A stretch of DNA of 63,404 nt, the filler included, from Elsinoe ampelina (taxonomy: Eukaryota), in assembly GCA_010093995.1 (NCBI GenBank). It is 10 parts of 9 records of this genome, joined end to end, with 100 filler letters (N's around TTAATTAATTAA, not from the genome) between each part and the next. Parts side by side here need not be neighbours in the genome. Positions count along the whole stretch, not along the records: positions 62,167 to 63,404 come from ML992510.1; 9 more parts are not named here. The stretch is one strand, 5' to 3'. Of the stretch, positions 62,167 through 63,404 are shown piece by piece; position 1 is the stretch's first letter; each line of letters opens with the position of its first letter. Both the position numbers and the translations under genes were made by a program. The notes beneath the pieces are model-generated. The model worked only from the letters and a program-made list of their open reading frames with translations, made no database searches and was not told the DNA's origin.

Positions 62167-63404
62167 AGTTCTACTTCTATAGTAGTATAGCACTAAGGTA
62201 AGAGTTAGAGAAGGTATGTCTTATAGATAATAAAGTATAATTAGATAGTATTATAAAGGCTAGCCTTAGCAATACTAGTGTTTACTATCTAGACGAGGTT
62301 AACTATAGTACTTATATAAGGTAAGGACTACTCCTATATATATGTATTCTTTACTATATACTCTATATACTCTATATACTTCGTAGCGAGAGTCGGAGGC
62401 AATATAGAGTACATGTCCGCTAGTAACCTACATACTCTATAGTCTCTAGAGTAGAGCTACTAGAGAAGATAAAGAACTAGGTAAATGTCGGGCTAGGTTA
62501 TATAATAACCTTAGTAGTTTAATTAGTCCTAACGTCTCTACGCTTTAGCTGTCCTACTAGTTTATAACATTACTCTTCTCCCTTAATCGAGTTATCCTAA
62601 CAAGTAAGTATTCTTCCTTATCCTTACGCGCTATACACTAAACATGCCTTCTAGTTATTAAAGGCATAGTAAATCTAGTATATCTATACGAAAGAACCTC
62701 TCGGAGTTTATTAAACTATTTAGAACTAATATGCTATAAGCTTACTCTTATTACAAGTCGAAAGAGCTAGACTATAAAGTCTATATTTAGTCGGGTATTT
62801 ATAGCTAGTATGTTACGAGTAACTACTTAAGTTATAATATTTAAGTAACAAAATTAAAATAGTAGCATCTCTAGTCTAAGTATATTTGTTTATAAAAGGA
62901 ATTAGTTATAGCTAAGGCTACTAGAAAGAAAGCCGAAGAAGCTTATAAAAAGGCAAAAGAGGCTTATTAAAGAGCTATAGGTAATAAGCTTCGCCTATAT
63001 AAAGAGATATAAAAGTTAAAGAATAAGGTAGAGGAAGTAATCTCTCTAGAAGAGACCTGTATTTAAGTCTTAGAGTAGGAGGAAATACTATTGTTAGTAG
63101 ATCCTATCCTACTATAGGACTAGTAATTATTTATACCTAACTCTAATTAGAGTTCCTTACTTAGTAACGATTAAGGTACTTCTATTAGTTAAGTAATCTT
63201 CCTTAAGCATTCTTATTTTTGTTTAGTATTTAGAGTACTAGGTCCGTCTAGTTAGTTTACTTAGGATAGGTTCTTAATCTAGTAATCTAGAATTACTTAT
63301 AAGGTAAGGTACTCCTCTAGTTCCTATATTACTTCGCTATACTAATGTCCCTTCTAGTAAATAAGATAGTAGCGTTTTCCTTTTATAAGTTTATAACGTA
63401 AAAC
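62167..63404 (-). mobile_element. G1 copy E: partial 3' LTR (to 62569), antisense ORF (ATG 62644) and chromodomain end
   Basis: Matches 1022-2259. Confidence 0.92.

Noticed and set aside
1..63404. CRISPR arrays, rRNA, tRNA, telomeric repeats
   Set aside because: None seen; repeats are explained by LTR retrotransposons.

Overview
Fungal (filamentous ascomycete-type) genomic window with three parts. A ~22.5 kb GC-balanced gene island (~17,400-39,900) lies between two AT-rich blocks of nested LTR retrotransposons destroyed by repeat-induced point mutation (RIP: TpA excess, near-absence of CpA/TpG). The island holds an MFS transporter, a frameshifted MDR/enoyl-reductase-like pseudogene, YTA7/ATAD2 (AAA+ bromodomain ATPase), AGC1 (EF-hand mitochondrial aspartate/glutamate carrier), a DmpA-type peptidase and a long disordered protein with a C-terminal SAM-methyltransferase-like domain. 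The AT blocks contain five full or partial copies of one chromodomain Gypsy element (G1, 463-bp LTRs), a second Gypsy (G2) and about three Copia families. The most notable signal, seen only after manually reversing RIP across three copies, is an extra antisense ORF in G1 next to its 3' LTR that reconstructs as a Zn2Cys6 (GAL4-type) cluster plus coiled coil. A RIP-destroyed, intron-bearing gene-like relic sits at the right island edge. N-runs containing TTAATTAATTAA are assembly linkers. All de-RIPed translations were done by eye and are inferences.
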